In this document: one piece after another, positions 23,539 to 24,301 of the stretch
How positions within the stretch are numbered: position 1 is the stretch's first letter
Layout of the letters: each line of letters opens with the position of its first letter
DNA from: a virus
Taxonomy: Duplodnaviria > Caudoviricetes
DNA: 24,301 nucleotides
Strand: one strand, 5' to 3'
IMG/VR virus record: IMGVR_UViG_3300009095_000073
Location: 1 to 24,301 of that record
Notes under the pieces: generated by a model
Databases searched by the model: none
What the model was told of the DNA's origin: nothing
What the model saw: only the letters and a program-made list of their open reading frames with translations
Position numbers and translations under genes: made by a program

Positions 23539-23759
23539 GCGGTCTCCTGGTTGGTGGCCTGGGCGTGGTCGGGCTTGCTGGTCAGGTGCCATCCGGCGCA
23601 CCACGGGCAGGCGTAGGCGCGGTGCGGGATGACGGGGGTGTGCGGGTCGTCGGTGATGGCGTCGAGGCGGGCGCGGGCGGCCTGCTCGTTCGGGAAACGG
23701 CGCTTGGAGGTGCAGTACCTCCGTGGCTTCGGCCGGAGGTATCGGTAGCGGTTGCCCAT
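23535..23759 (-). CDS. Hypothetical basic Zn-binding protein (74 aa)
   Basis: Start re-called to ATG 23759 (TGATG overlap); CTSKRRF...AARARL...RAYACPWCAGWHLTSK pattern seen in actinophages. Confidence 0.75.
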   Translation of the reverse strand: MGNRYRYLRPKPRRYCTSKRRFPNEQAARARLDAITDDPHTPVIPHRAYACPWCAGWHLTSKPDHAQATNQETA

Positions 23760-24049
23760 CACGCCCCCTCCTCTACGATCCGGCGGGCCTTCTCCAGCGC
23801 GGCGGCTTGCCCGGTGACGATGGCGACCTCGTCGCCGTCCCGGGTGATCAGCCACGTGTCGGCGCCGCGGTGCTCCAGGTTGAGCCACTGCCCGTCCGGC
23901 TCCAGTTCCCACGTGAACCGGCGGGCGTGGGCGAGGACACCGCGCAGGCGGGCGGCCTCGTCCTCCAGGTCCGCCAGCCGCTCGGCGAGCGACCGCGCGC
24001 TCTGCTGGTAGTGGTCCTCCACGCGCTGGGCGCGGTCGTCAGCGCTCAC
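23759..24049 (-). CDS. Hypothetical protein (96 aa)
   Basis: GGAG RBS; overlaps both neighbours; N-terminal coiled coil. Confidence 0.7.
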   Translation of the reverse strand: MSADDRAQRVEDHYQQSARSLAERLADLEDEAARLRGVLAHARRFTWELEPDGQWLNLEHRGADTWLITRDGDEVAIVTGQAAALEKARRIVEEGA

Positions 24050-24233
24050 GGTCCATCTCCTCCTCGTGCATGGCGCGGAGCCGGGCCGCGATGTCGGTCA
24101 GCTCGGCGGCGACGGCTGCCAGCTCGGTGTGATCGGTGAGGTTGACCCATCGGCCGTTGAGCGTCACGAAGACGCCGTCCGTCATGACGCGATGGATACG
24201 GACCTCGGTGATGTTCAGGGACGCCTGGGTCAT
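24039..24233 (-). CDS. Hypothetical protein (64 aa)
   Basis: ATGA coupling; high GC3. Confidence 0.65.
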   Translation of the reverse strand: MTQASLNITEVRIHRVMTDGVFVTLNGRWVNLTDHTELAAVAAELTDIAARLRAMHEEEMDRER

Positions 24234-24301
24234 CGAGCGCCCCCTGCGGTGATCGCCGCGGCGAGGCCGAGCACGGTCTTGTGCGCGGCCTGGTCGAGGT
24301 G
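24230..24301 (-). CDS. 3' end of a gene entering from the right edge
   Basis: Reads HLDQAAHKTVLGLAAAITAGGAR-stop, with ATGA overlap to the next gene. Confidence 0.5.
   Translation of the reverse strand, partial: HLDQAAHKTVLGLAAAITAGGAR

Overview
This window is a high-GC, actinomycete-type temperate siphophage (or prophage) segment, almost entirely on the minus strand. Read right to left it holds: small Cys/His-rich middle genes, a Zn-finger/HTH regulator, a candidate late promoter with an immediately following terminator, two antisense moron-like genes, an orphan DNA methyltransferase, an HNH nuclease, a ~750-bp non-coding packaging (cos-like) region, P27-type small terminase, large terminase, a small Sm-like protein, portal-MuF fusion, HK97-type protease and capsid, head-tail genes, major tail protein, a -1 frameshifted tail assembly chaperone pair, tape measure protein (TMP), Dit and minor tail genes. 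The main finding is a complete 320-aa LAGLIDADG-containing intein (3845-4804) in the TMP, inserted directly before the catalytic cysteine of its CHAP peptidoglycan-hydrolase domain. Other notable items are a predicted RNA pseudoknot with two alternative partners upstream of the chaperone gene, a lambda pR'/tR'-like late-control layout, and a compositionally extreme tract beside the packaging site. No integrase, att site, tRNA or CRISPR array was seen. All family calls come from motif recognition by eye and gene order; no database searches were run.
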